The position numbers and the translations under genes were made by a program. Below the pieces are notes generated by a model. The model was not told where the DNA came from and did no database searches. It saw only the letters and a list, made by a program, of their open reading frames with translations. Shown here in pieces: positions 31,752-41,023 of a stretch of DNA of 64,000 bases; position 1 is the first letter of the stretch; each line of letters starts with the position of its first letter. The stretch comes from an uncultured Candidatus Rokubacteria bacterium (lineage in GTDB: Bacteria; Methylomirabilota; Methylomirabilia; Rokubacteriales; DASRDR01): NCBI GenBank assembly GCA_963805625.1, contig CAWDVE010000018.1, forward strand, positions 1-64,000, read 5' to 3'.

Positions 31752-32462
31752 ATGATGGATCCGCATCTCCAGCGTCTCCAGGAGCTTCAGGTCCTCGACA
31801 GCCGGGTCGCCGGGCTCGAGCGCAAGCTCGAGGCCATTCCCAACCGCATCCAGACCATCCGCGACGCCCTTCAGCAGGCGAAGGCAGGTGTCGACGCGAT
31901 CCGGTCGAAGCTCGACGGCGCCCGCAAGGACATCCGGACGAAGGAGAAGGAGCTCGAGTACCAGGCGGCCCAGCGGAAGAAGCTCGAGGCGAAGCTCTAC
32001 GAGGTGAAGACGAACAAGGAGTACTCCGCCGTTCTGGCCGAGATCGAAGGGGCGAAGGTCGAGAAGGACCGCCTGGAGGAGGAGGTCCTCGGGCTCATGG
32101 AGCTCCAGGAGCGTCTCAGCCGCGAGGTGGTCGAGGGCGAGGCGCGGCTCCGGCCCCAGGAGGCGGAGGCGCGGGTCCAGGAGGCGGCTGCCGCCGAGGA
32201 GCTGCGCGCGCTCGAGGTGGACGTTGAGGCCGCCCGGAGCGAGCGGGAGGGCGCCGCCCGCGATGTCCCGCGGGACGTCCTGGTCCAGTACGGGCGGCTC
32301 CTCAAGGTGCGGGCCGGGCTCGCCGTGGCGCTCGTGGGCAGCAACGGGATCTGCTCCGGCTGCCGGGTGACCCTCACGCCCCAGCGCTTCAACGAGGTGC
32401 GCCAGTCCAGTCAGATCTTCGTCTGCGAGAACTGCGGCCGCTTCCTGTACTACCAGCCGTAA
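31752..32462 (+). CDS. Coiled-coil protein with C4 zinc ribbon (DUF164)
   Basis: LQELQVLD start, long coiled coil, KTNKEY, CSGC...CENCGRFLY. Confidence 0.88.
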   Translation: MMDPHLQRLQELQVLDSRVAGLERKLEAIPNRIQTIRDALQQAKAGVDAIRSKLDGARKDIRTKEKELEYQAAQRKKLEAKLYEVKTNKEYSAVLAEIEGAKVEKDRLEEEVLGLMELQERLSREVVEGEARLRPQEAEARVQEAAAAEELRALEVDVEAARSEREGAARDVPRDVLVQYGRLLKVRAGLAVALVGSNGICSGCRVTLTPQRFNEVRQSSQIFVCENCGRFLYYQP

Positions 32463-32565
32463 GCCCGCAGCGCGGCGTCCCGCCGCCCTGCCCACGCCGC
32501 CGCCCGCCCCGTCGAGTATACTTTCAGCGATCGTCACGCTCGTGACCATGCTCTTTGACAGACGC

Positions 32566-32967
<402 letters not shown>

Positions 32968-33039
32968 TTTTCCTTTTATCGCGCATACTTACTCAGCGGC
33001 GCCTTACAGCGGCGCGGCGACGTACAGAACCCCCACACA

Positions 33040-33063
33040 GAAAGCGCGCGATGGCCGCTTTCT
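33040..33063. terminator. Short hairpin downstream of the FAD oxidoreductase gene
   Basis: GAAAGCG...CGCTTTC inverted repeat. Confidence 0.35.
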
Positions 33064-33088
33064 AGTGTTCCGTGATTGATCGCCCGGC

Positions 33089-34504
33089 TCACGCGCTTGG
33101 CTTGATGTTCTGGTTCAGTCGAAACAGGTTTGTCGGATCGTATCTAGTCTTCAAGGCGACGAGGCGGTTGTAGTTGGCGGCGCCATAGCTGTTGCGCACC
33201 AGCTCCTCCCCCTCCTCGCCGAGGCCCGCGAAGTTGAGATAAGCGCGGCCGCCGGAATGATGCTTCATGTTGCCCCAGAAGGCGCGCGACCAGGACAGGT
33301 TCCGCTCGTCGTCGGCCGGATTTTTCCAGATCGAATCGATGCTCAGCATGTAGCGCATGTTGCGCTCGCCGAAGGCGGTTGCGTTGCCGGCCACCCGGCC
33401 GACGGCGCCGCCCAGATACCACACCGAGCAGAGCGTCAGGTCGGAGGGGCGATCGGCGGCGCGTGGCGCGATCTCGTCGATCATCCGGTCGTCCAGGCCG
33501 TTCAGATAGAGCGATTTGAAGTAGGCGCGATGAACGCCCTTGGGGAACAGCCCATCGTAGAGCTTCTGAACGCTGCAGTAGGGCATCCGGCCGCTGATAT
33601 CCAGTACCGGCGTGGCCAATTCGCGCAGGGGCCTGACGGCTTGTTCGCCCTCGTGCGCCGGGCCCGCCCACACCCCGGCCAGAGCCATGACCCGCGCGCC
33701 CCAGGTCTCCTCGGGATATTCCGGATCCGTGGGGATCGTGGAGAATTCGACCAGCGTTCCGCCGATCTCGTCGGGCGCGGTTGCCATGAAATCGCGCCAG
33801 CCCTTCATCACCTGGGCGGCGTCCTCACTCCGGTAGATCACGCCCAGGAACATCACTTCCGGCCCGATCGGATGCAGCTGGAACTCGAACGAGGTGACGA
33901 CGCCGAAATTACCGCCGCCACCGCGCACGGCCCAGTAGAGATCGCTGTTCTCGGCCGCGCTGGCGGTGCGAAGCTGGCCGTCCGCGGTGACGATGTCGAC
34001 TGACAGGACGTTGTCGAGGCTGAGGCCATGCTTGCCGCGCAGCCAGCCGAGGCCACCGGCGAGCGTCAGCCCGCCCACGCCCGTCGCCGAGACGACGCCG
34101 CCCGGCGTTGCCAGACCATAGAGCTGCGCCTCGCGGTCGAAATCGCCCCAGGTTGCGCCGCCTTGCACCCACGCCCGCCGCGCCTTGGGATCGACCCGGA
34201 CCGCGTTCATCCGTGACAGATCGATCATGATGCCGCCGTCGCACGAACCGCTGCCCGCTGAGTTGTGGCCGCCGCACCGCACCGCAGCGAGAAGCCCGTT
34301 TTCGCGCGCGAAATTGACCGCGTGGACGGTGTCGGCGGTGCCGTTGCAGCGGGCGATGAGGGCCGGCTTCTTGTCGAACATGGCATTCCAGATGAGCCGC
34401 GCACTGTCATAGCCTTCGTCACCTGGTTGGAGCAGTTCGCCGCGCAGGTTGGCACGCAACGCTTTCGCCGCCGCTTCAAGACTAGTGGCTTGTCGGTTTG
34501 TCAT
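33089..34504 (-). CDS. FAD-binding oxidoreductase, berberine-bridge/6-HDNO-like
   Basis: RCGGHN (flavinylation His), GVGGLTLAGGLGW, WAVRGGGGNFGVVT, YLNF...KTRYDPTNLFRLNQNI. Confidence 0.92.
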   Translation of the reverse strand: MTNRQATSLEAAAKALRANLRGELLQPGDEGYDSARLIWNAMFDKKPALIARCNGTADTVHAVNFARENGLLAAVRCGGHNSAGSGSCDGGIMIDLSRMNAVRVDPKARRAWVQGGATWGDFDREAQLYGLATPGGVVSATGVGGLTLAGGLGWLRGKHGLSLDNVLSVDIVTADGQLRTASAAENSDLYWAVRGGGGNFGVVTSFEFQLHPIGPEVMFLGVIYRSEDAAQVMKGWRDFMATAPDEIGGTLVEFSTIPTDPEYPEETWGARVMALAGVWAGPAHEGEQAVRPLRELATPVLDISGRMPYCSVQKLYDGLFPKGVHRAYFKSLYLNGLDDRMIDEIAPRAADRPSDLTLCSVWYLGGAVGRVAGNATAFGERNMRYMLSIDSIWKNPADDERNLSWSRAFWGNMKHHSGGRAYLNFAGLGEEGEELVRNSYGAANYNRLVALKTRYDPTNLFRLNQNIKPSA

Positions 34505-34603
34505 GCTTGTCTCCCTTGCTAGCCGCGCGGCAACGCAGGCGGCGCGGCAAATCCGAAATCATTGACGGTACAAGACTATGGTTGAGCCCGAGCCTTCGTA
34601 AGA

Positions 34604-34636
34604 GGCAGAATGGACACTAACGGGGCAAATGTGACA
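34604..34636. promoter_or_regulatory. Putative GlxA/AraC-type tandem binding sites
   Basis: GGCAGAATGGACA and GGCAAATGTGACA at 20-bp pitch in the divergent intergenic region. Confidence 0.4.
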
Positions 34637-34658
34637 CCGCGCTGACCTGGGAGGATCG

Positions 34659-35735
34659 ATGGCGAGATCCGAAGCGAAGTTGCCGCGAATCTGTCTGCTC
34701 GCCGCGGCGGAAACCTCTCCCGCGGTGCTCTATGGCCTCTATGACGTCCTGAGTACGGCAGGGGCGGTCTATTCCGAACTGACCAGCGGGAATCCGGCGG
34801 AGAAGGTGCTCGACGTTAGGATCGTGGCCGCCACCACCGATCCGTTCCGCTGCTTCGGCGGTGTGATGGTCGAACCGCATGACGCCATCGACCGGCTACA
34901 TGAAACCGACGTCGCGATCGTGTGCGATATGTATACGCCAATCGACACGCCGCCGCGCGGGCGCTACGGGCGAGAGATCGAGTGGCTGAACCGAATCTAC
35001 GCCAAGGGCGCCATTCTCGGTTCCGTCTGCTCGGGCTCCCTGGTGCTCGCCGAGGCGGGCCTTCTGGACGGACTGCAGGCAGCCGGACATTGGGCCTATC
35101 GCGAATTGTTTCGTGAGCACTATCCGAAGGTGAAGTTTCGGGTGGATTCGATCTTGAGCGTTGCCGGTGAGCAAGACCGGATCGTGACAGCGGGGGGCGT
35201 GACCGCCTGGCAGGAACTGGCGCTCTACCTGATTGCCCGGTTTTGCGGGCCTCAGCATGCGATCAGGACGGCCAAGATCCACATCCTGTCCGATCACTCG
35301 GACGGCCAGTTGCCCTTTGCCGTGATCACACCGCGTGTGGGGAACACCGACGCTGTCATCGCCGACTGCCAACACTGGATCGCTGAGAATTACGCGTGCC
35401 AGAATCCTGTTGCCAGCATGATTGCTCACTCGGGCCTCAAGCCCCGCACCTTCGCCCGGCGGTTTCTGGCGGCGACCGGCTTTCATCCGGTGGACTATGT
35501 GCACGCGGTTCGCATGGAGGAGGCGAAACAACGCCTGGAAACCGATACCGTCAGCGTGGAGGAAATTGGCCACATCGTGGGCTATGAGGATCCCACCTTC
35601 TTTCGCCGCCTGTTCAAGCGCAAGGTCGGCCTGACCCTTGCGGCATACCGGCGAAAATTCTCCAAGATCGCGGCGATCGGACATTCGGGGACGCAGTATT
35701 CAACTCCGGCGCCTCGGCGGCGGAATTTCGGATGA
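34659..35735 (+). CDS. GlxA-family regulator (DJ-1/PfpI + AraC HTH)
   Basis: SVCSGSLVLAEAGLLDG, TAGG, RTFARRF, VGYEDPTFFRRLFKR. Confidence 0.92.
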   Translation: MARSEAKLPRICLLAAAETSPAVLYGLYDVLSTAGAVYSELTSGNPAEKVLDVRIVAATTDPFRCFGGVMVEPHDAIDRLHETDVAIVCDMYTPIDTPPRGRYGREIEWLNRIYAKGAILGSVCSGSLVLAEAGLLDGLQAAGHWAYRELFREHYPKVKFRVDSILSVAGEQDRIVTAGGVTAWQELALYLIARFCGPQHAIRTAKIHILSDHSDGQLPFAVITPRVGNTDAVIADCQHWIAENYACQNPVASMIAHSGLKPRTFARRFLAATGFHPVDYVHAVRMEEAKQRLETDTVSVEEIGHIVGYEDPTFFRRLFKRKVGLTLAAYRRKFSKIAAIGHSGTQYSTPAPRRRNFG

Positions 35736-36037
35736 CGGCCCATGGGACCAACCTGCCCGCCACCCGGGTCGTCCGAGGAACACCTTGACCTAGGCTGAAC
35801 GAATTCCTACATTCTAGCTCGCCACCGATTGCCCACCCCGTCTGGAGCTCGCCGGCCGCGAAGAGATTCCGGCCTCGCCGCCAGTCGGCGTCAGGACTCC
35901 CTCGGTGATCAGACGCTCAGAGCCACCGGGCCAGTTGTCGGGCAGGCCAGAGGCCATCGCCGCCGAGCCCCGCGCTTATGGGGCAGGCTATGTCACCGAT
36001 AAGCCAACTGACGTAAGTCCGCACCCGTACAGAATCC

Positions 36038-36089
36038 GGGGCAACTCGTCGATATCCCGGCTTACAGGCTCCCTCTGGCGCGTTTCTTT
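36038..36089 (+). repeat. rnpB 3'-end repeat copy 2 (core 36056-36081)
   Basis: 26/26 match to copy 1; ~50-bp extended similarity to copy 3. Confidence 0.9.
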
Positions 36090-37213
36090 GTCACGCCGAC
36101 ATCCGAAGCATGAGCTCCTCGGCAGCGTCCGCCCCGGTCCTTGCCGGGCGGCCCGCGGGGCGCTAGACTCCGGCCACCCTAGTGACGCGCCAGCTTGGCG
36201 ACGAGGGCGTCGCGGCCGCCCAGGCGGCGATCGAGCTGGATCGACAGCTTGCCGAGCTCGACCGCCTCGCTGTGCACTGATCGTCCGTGGCCAGATCTAT
36301 CAGTGCCACTGCTAGACCGAACAGGCGAGGCAGGGGTGGAACCGGATTCGCCCACGGTGCTACGGTTTCTCGTCTAACCAGGAGCCACGGACATCACGAT
36401 ACCGGAGCCTCGAGTACTTCGACCCGGGGAGCCCGCCCCGGATTTCACGCTGCCCACCGTCGAGCGCGAGGGCACGGTCTCACTGGCTGACTACCGAGGG
36501 CGGAGCTCCCTGCTCCTCGCCTTCTTCCGGGGGATCTACTGTCCGTTCTGCCGGCGGCAGATCGCCAAGCTAGGACTCTCACGAGACAAGCTGCTGTCGG
36601 TGGGCGTCGAAACTCTCGCCGTCGTGGCGAGTAACCTCGAGCGCACCCGTCTGTACTTCCGGTACCGGCCGACGGGTGTGCCCTTGGCCGTCGATCCGGC
36701 GCTCATCACCCATCGCGCCTTCGGGGTCTCACAAGTCCCGGTGACCCCAGAGTTGAGGGAAGCGCTTCGGACCTTCCGGACCGACGTGATGGGCGAGCTG
36801 CCGCAGCCGCTGCCGATCAGGGACGCGGTGAAGGTGCTCGATGCGCGGGACGGTTTCGAGCCCACCGAGACCGACACCCGAGAGGACCAGGAGCATGGTT
36901 TCTTGGACGTGGGGCAGTTCCTGGTGGACCGCAGAGGCATCGTACGCTGGGCCAACCTGGAGCTCGCCAGCGACGGCCCTGCAGGGCTCGGTAAGTTCCC
37001 CAGCGAGGAAGAGCTCCTCGCGCTGGCGCGGACGCGCGGCTCCTAGCGCGCCGCCGATGCCGTCGACGTCCGGGACGACAGTGGCTGGAGCGCCGAGTGT
37101 CGGCCCTTATGAGGGGCCAGATCCCATCCATAAGCGGATCGATGCAGGTACGCGCCCTGCATGGAATTGGGGCACATTCGTCGATATCTCGGCTTACAGG
37201 CTCCCTCTGGCGC
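36056..37213. mobile_element. Integrated unit B at rnpB (single redoxin gene)
   Basis: Bounded by repeat copies 2 and 3; 1132-bp spacing. Confidence 0.6.
36393..37046 (+). CDS. AhpC/TSA (peroxiredoxin-like) redoxin lacking a canonical start codon
   Basis: Frame open from the stop at 36375: PGEPAPDFTLP...SLADYRG...FFRGIYCPFCRRQI...FLVDRRGIVRW; AGGAG SD at 36380, ATC at 36393. Confidence 0.8.
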   Translation: MTIPEPRVLRPGEPAPDFTLPTVEREGTVSLADYRGRSSLLLAFFRGIYCPFCRRQIAKLGLSRDKLLSVGVETLAVVASNLERTRLYFRYRPTGVPLAVDPALITHRAFGVSQVPVTPELREALRTFRTDVMGELPQPLPIRDAVKVLDARDGFEPTETDTREDQEHGFLDVGQFLVDRRGIVRWANLELASDGPAGLGKFPSEEELLALARTRGS

Positions 37214-37221
37214 GTTTCTTT
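37169..37221 (+). repeat. rnpB 3'-end repeat copy 3 (core 37188-37213)
   Basis: 25/26 match to copy 1. Confidence 0.9.
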
Positions 37222-37460
37222 CATTGGGCATTTGCAACGCACTACTTCGTCGCCGGTAATCGACGTACAGAACCCCGGGATGTAAAGCCCGCTTATTCAC
37301 GAGGCCGTCCCCACCCCTGCGCGCGGCGCGCGAGCCAGCGTTCGAGCCGTCCCCGAGGGAACCGGACACCCGCCCCGGACGTGACGCCGTGCTCAATTGG
37401 AAATCCGTGCCCCTTCCTCGGCTCACGTGAGTTTCCAGGGTAGCCAGAGCATGGCCTCGC

Positions 37461-37559
37461 TCAGCGCCGCGTCCGTGATTCGGTGTAGACCACCATCGAT
37501 TTGATGTCCTTATGCCCGAGCGACTCCTTCACCCACTCGCGCGGCGAGAGGAACCGCCG
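37461..37559 (-). pseudogene. Tyrosine recombinase/integrase C-terminal relic
   Basis: WVKESLGHKDIKSMVVYTE = LGHxxIxxTxxYT motif carrying the catalytic Tyr; upstream part absent. Confidence 0.7.
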
Positions 37560-37622
37560 TCCCGTGCTAATATCGCGCGGACGAAGCTCCGGCGCGATGC
37601 GGCCCGGCGCCGGCTCGACCCG

Positions 37623-40049
37623 ATGACGACGCGGTTGATCGGTGCGCGCATCTCGCGAAACGAGGATCCGCGGCTCCTCCGGGGGCTGGGCTCGTTCGTC
37701 GACGACATCGAGCCGCGCGGGGTGCTTCACGCCGCGTGCCTCCGCTCCCCGCATGCGCACGCGCGGGTCCTCGCGATCGATACCGCCCGGGCCCGCGCGC
37801 TGCCGGGTGTGCACCTGGTCCTGACCGCTGCCGAGCTCGGCGAGCTCAACCAGCCGTCGCCGCTCCTGATTCCGCACCCGGGCCTGTCCCATCCGAGGAC
37901 CCAGCGGCCGCTCGCGGTCGACCAGGTCCGCTACACGGGCGAGCTCGTCGCCTTCGTGGTGGCCGATGACCGCTACGTGGCCGAGGACGCCGCCGGCCTG
38001 ATCGACGTCGCCTACGAGTCCCTGCCGGTGGTGACCGATCTGGAGGCGGCCGGCAATCCCGGAGGACCGCTCGTCCACGCGGACGTGCCAGCGAACCGCG
38101 CGGCGCGCCTCGTTCAGCAGGTGGGAGACCCGGACGCGGCGTTCAGGCGGGCGGCCCACGTTCTGCAGGAGCGGCTCTATATCGAGCGGAGCTGCGGCAG
38201 CCCGATCGAGGCGCGCGGCGTGGTCGCGGAGTACGACGCCCGGACCGGGCAGCTCCGGGTGTGGAGCTCGACGCAGGCGCCGCTGCCCATCAAGAACGGC
38301 CTCGCCCGGATCTTCGGCCTGCCCGAATTCAAGGTCGAGGTCGTCGTGCCGGACACCGGGGGCGGCTTCGGCACAAAGATCATGCTGTTCTACCCCGAGG
38401 AGATCCTGGTCCCGTACGCGGCGATGCGGCTCGGGCGAGCCGTGAAGTGGACCGAGGACCGCCTCGAGCACTTCGTCAGCGCCAGCCACGAGCGCGGGCA
38501 GCTCCACGACGTCGAGGTCGCCTGTGACGCGGCCGGCCGGATCCTCGGACTCCGGGACCGGTTCCGCCACGACGCCGGGGCCTACACGCCGTATGGCATC
38601 GTCATCCCGCTCATCACTTCGACCCAGCTCCCCGGCCAGTACCGGATCCGGCACTACCAGGTCGAGTTCGACGTGCTCTACACGAACAAGGTGATGACGA
38701 CCCCCTACCGCGGCGCCGGGCGCCCCCACGGCGCCTTCGTCATGGAGCGGGTCATCGGCCTCATCGCTCGCGAGCTCGGGCTCGAGCCCGCCGAGGTGCG
38801 CCGCCGAAACCTCATCCAGCCGGACGAGTTCCCGTGGGACGTGGGGCTTACGTTCCAGGACGGCGGACCGACGCGCTACGACAGCGGGAACTACCCCGCG
38901 GGCCTCGAGATGGCGCTCGAGGCGATCGGCGCGCGAGACTTCCGGGCCCGGCAGGCGGCGGCCCGCGCCGAGGGGCGATACCTCGGCCTCGGCGTCGCCT
39001 GCTACGTCGAGGGGACCGGGATCGGGCCCTACGAGGGCGCCCACGTACGGGTCGAGCCGAGCGGGCGGATCTTCGTGGCGACTGGCCTCACGACGCAGGG
39101 CCAAGGCCACCAGACGACCTTCGCTCAGATCGCCGCCGAGGCGCTCGGGTGCTCGCCGGCCGACGTGACGGTGGTGACCGGCGACACGGGGCGATTCAAC
39201 TGGGGCGCGGGAACGTTCGCGAGCCGCGCGCTGGTGACGAGCGGCAACGCGGTGGCGGCGGCGGCCCGCAAGGTCCGCGACAAGGCGCTCCACCTCGCGG
39301 GCGAGCTGCTCGAGGCCTCGCCGGGCGACATCGAGCTGGTCGACGGCGCTGCCCGGGTCAAGGGGGTGCCCGGACGCGAGCTCACGCTCGGAGCCCTGGC
39401 CACGGTGGCCAACCCGATCCGCTACGCCTACGGGAAGGAGGCGGCGGAGTCGGCGCTCCGGCTCGTCAAGCCTCGCCGCGGCGCCGTCCTCCGCGACGAC
39501 GAGGAACCGGGGCTCGAGGCGCGCGGCTACTACGCGCCGCCGCAGGCGACCTTCGCGAGCGGCTGCCACGCGGCGATCGTCGAGGTGGACGTCGAGACCG
39601 GCGAGGTCACGTTCGAGAAGTATGTCGTCCAGCATGACTGCGGGACCATCGTGAACCCGACGATCGTCGAGGGACAGATCCACGGCGGCGTCGCCCAGGG
39701 CATCGGGGGTGCGCTCTACGAGAAGCTCGCGTACGACGAGCACGGGCAGCTTCTTGCCGGGAGCTTCATGGACTTCCTCATGCCCACAGCCGCGGAGATC
39801 CCCGACATCACCGTCGTTCACCTGGAGACGCCGTCCCCGTTGAACCCGCTGGGCGTCAAGGGGGTGGGCGAGGCCGGGGCCATCCCGGTCCCCGCGCTGG
39901 TGGCCGAGGCGGTGGACGACGCGCTCGCTCCCTTCGGCGTACGGGTGCGCGAGATGCCGCTCAACCCGACCCGGATCCGGGAGCTGGTCGAGCAAGCCAC
40001 CGCCGGTGCCGGCGGACGCGCGTCGATCGGCCGGCGCGCTGGACCCTGA
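37623..40049 (+). CDS. Molybdenum hydroxylase large subunit (xanthine dehydrogenase/CoxL-like; candidate uracil/thymine dehydrogenase)
   Basis: EDPRLLRG.G.FVDD, GGGFGTK, PYRGAGRP, QGQGHQT, GQIHGGVAQG, KGVGEAG. Confidence 0.9.
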   Translation: MTTRLIGARISRNEDPRLLRGLGSFVDDIEPRGVLHAACLRSPHAHARVLAIDTARARALPGVHLVLTAAELGELNQPSPLLIPHPGLSHPRTQRPLAVDQVRYTGELVAFVVADDRYVAEDAAGLIDVAYESLPVVTDLEAAGNPGGPLVHADVPANRAARLVQQVGDPDAAFRRAAHVLQERLYIERSCGSPIEARGVVAEYDARTGQLRVWSSTQAPLPIKNGLARIFGLPEFKVEVVVPDTGGGFGTKIMLFYPEEILVPYAAMRLGRAVKWTEDRLEHFVSASHERGQLHDVEVACDAAGRILGLRDRFRHDAGAYTPYGIVIPLITSTQLPGQYRIRHYQVEFDVLYTNKVMTTPYRGAGRPHGAFVMERVIGLIARELGLEPAEVRRRNLIQPDEFPWDVGLTFQDGGPTRYDSGNYPAGLEMALEAIGARDFRARQAAARAEGRYLGLGVACYVEGTGIGPYEGAHVRVEPSGRIFVATGLTTQGQGHQTTFAQIAAEALGCSPADVTVVTGDTGRFNWGAGTFASRALVTSGNAVAAAARKVRDKALHLAGELLEASPGDIELVDGAARVKGVPGRELTLGALATVANPIRYAYGKEAAESALRLVKPRRGAVLRDDEEPGLEARGYYAPPQATFASGCHAAIVEVDVETGEVTFEKYVVQHDCGTIVNPTIVEGQIHGGVAQGIGGALYEKLAYDEHGQLLAGSFMDFLMPTAAEIPDITVVHLETPSPLNPLGVKGVGEAGAIPVPALVAEAVDDALAPFGVRVREMPLNPTRIRELVEQATAGAGGRASIGRRAGP

Positions 40050-41023
40050 TGCAGCCCGTGACGCGGCCACGCCCTGGCGGGAGCGCCCGGCTCCGATCCG
40101 GACTGAGGGCCGTCCGCGTGAGTCGGTGTGTCCGCGATCGGATCGACGCGTGGTGTCGAGCCGTGGTGCTCGGGGTCCAGCGTCGCGCCTGTCATCTCAC
40201 CGTTGATGACGGACCGCTCCTGATTCTCTCGACACCGGACGTACCGCTTGCGCCGAATGCCCTCGCGGTCGACGTGGCGCCCCACGTCACGCTGGGGGAC
40301 GCCGGCTTCCGAATTGGCCAGCTCGTCGCGCTGGGGGCGAGCGCGCCGCCCGACCGTGACGCCGATTGGCTCGTCACCTTCGGGGCGGCGTCGACCTGGG
40401 AGCCGCGCCCCCGCGTCCACCGGGTCGTCCTATGCGACCTGGTCGATCGGTTGCGGGCCGCGCGCGCCACCGTCATCGCCGACGGCGCAGAGGAGTCACT
40501 CCTCCCGCTCCTCTGGGTGTCGGAGTCCGACGTGGCTGGGCTCCGGCCGGGTGTCGTCGAGACGGCGGGTATCGCGGCGCGGCTCCTCTTGGACGCGGCG
40601 ATCCGGCGTGATGCGGCCTCCCTGGCCCGGGCGGCCCGCGGTCTCGCGGGGCTCGGGCCCGGGTTGACCCCATCGGGAGACGATCTCCTCGCCGGTTTCG
40701 CCGCGGCCTGGATCCTGGTCGGTGAAGCCCGCGGTCTCGATCGCGTGGCTCGCGAGCGCGTGACGGAGGCCCTCTTCGCGGGAGCCGAGCGCCGCGCGTC
40801 GGCGCTCGGGCGAGTCTGGCTCGAGCACGCCCTCCGGGGCGAGCTCCTCGAGCCGATGACCCGGTTCGTCGCCGCCTTCCTCGCCGCGGAGCCTCGCGAC
40901 CTCGGCGCGGCCGTGCGCGGCGCGCTCGCGGTTGGATCTTCGTCCGGGACCGACTGGATGGTGGGATTCGTTCTCGGAGCCGTAGCAACCCTCGATCGAG
41001 TGACGCGGAATCAGCCATGGTGA
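40049..41023 (+). CDS. DUF2877/YlbF (AllH)-like protein
   Basis: GLGPGLTPSGDD and VGSSSGTD motifs; precedes FdrA- and YlbE-like genes; start may be GTG 40118. Confidence 0.8.
   Translation: MQPVTRPRPGGSARLRSGLRAVRVSRCVRDRIDAWCRAVVLGVQRRACHLTVDDGPLLILSTPDVPLAPNALAVDVAPHVTLGDAGFRIGQLVALGASAPPDRDADWLVTFGAASTWEPRPRVHRVVLCDLVDRLRAARATVIADGAEESLLPLLWVSESDVAGLRPGVVETAGIAARLLLDAAIRRDAASLARAARGLAGLGPGLTPSGDDLLAGFAAAWILVGEARGLDRVARERVTEALFAGAERRASALGRVWLEHALRGELLEPMTRFVAAFLAAEPRDLGAAVRGALAVGSSSGTDWMVGFVLGAVATLDRVTRNQPW

Noticed and set aside
36480-36560. Selenocysteine in the redoxin
   Set aside because: The motif is TGT-CCG-TTC-TGC (CPFC); there is no in-frame TGA.
35905-37285. ORFs 35905-36315 and 37097-37285 sharing the peptide SSISRLTGSLWRVS
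   Set aside because: The shared peptide is simply the translation of the DNA repeat, not a protein family.
37623-40049. Aerobic CO dehydrogenase (form I CoxL)
   Set aside because: The active-site loop is PYRGAGR, not AYxCSFR; no cox accessory genes are present and the context is nucleobase catabolism.
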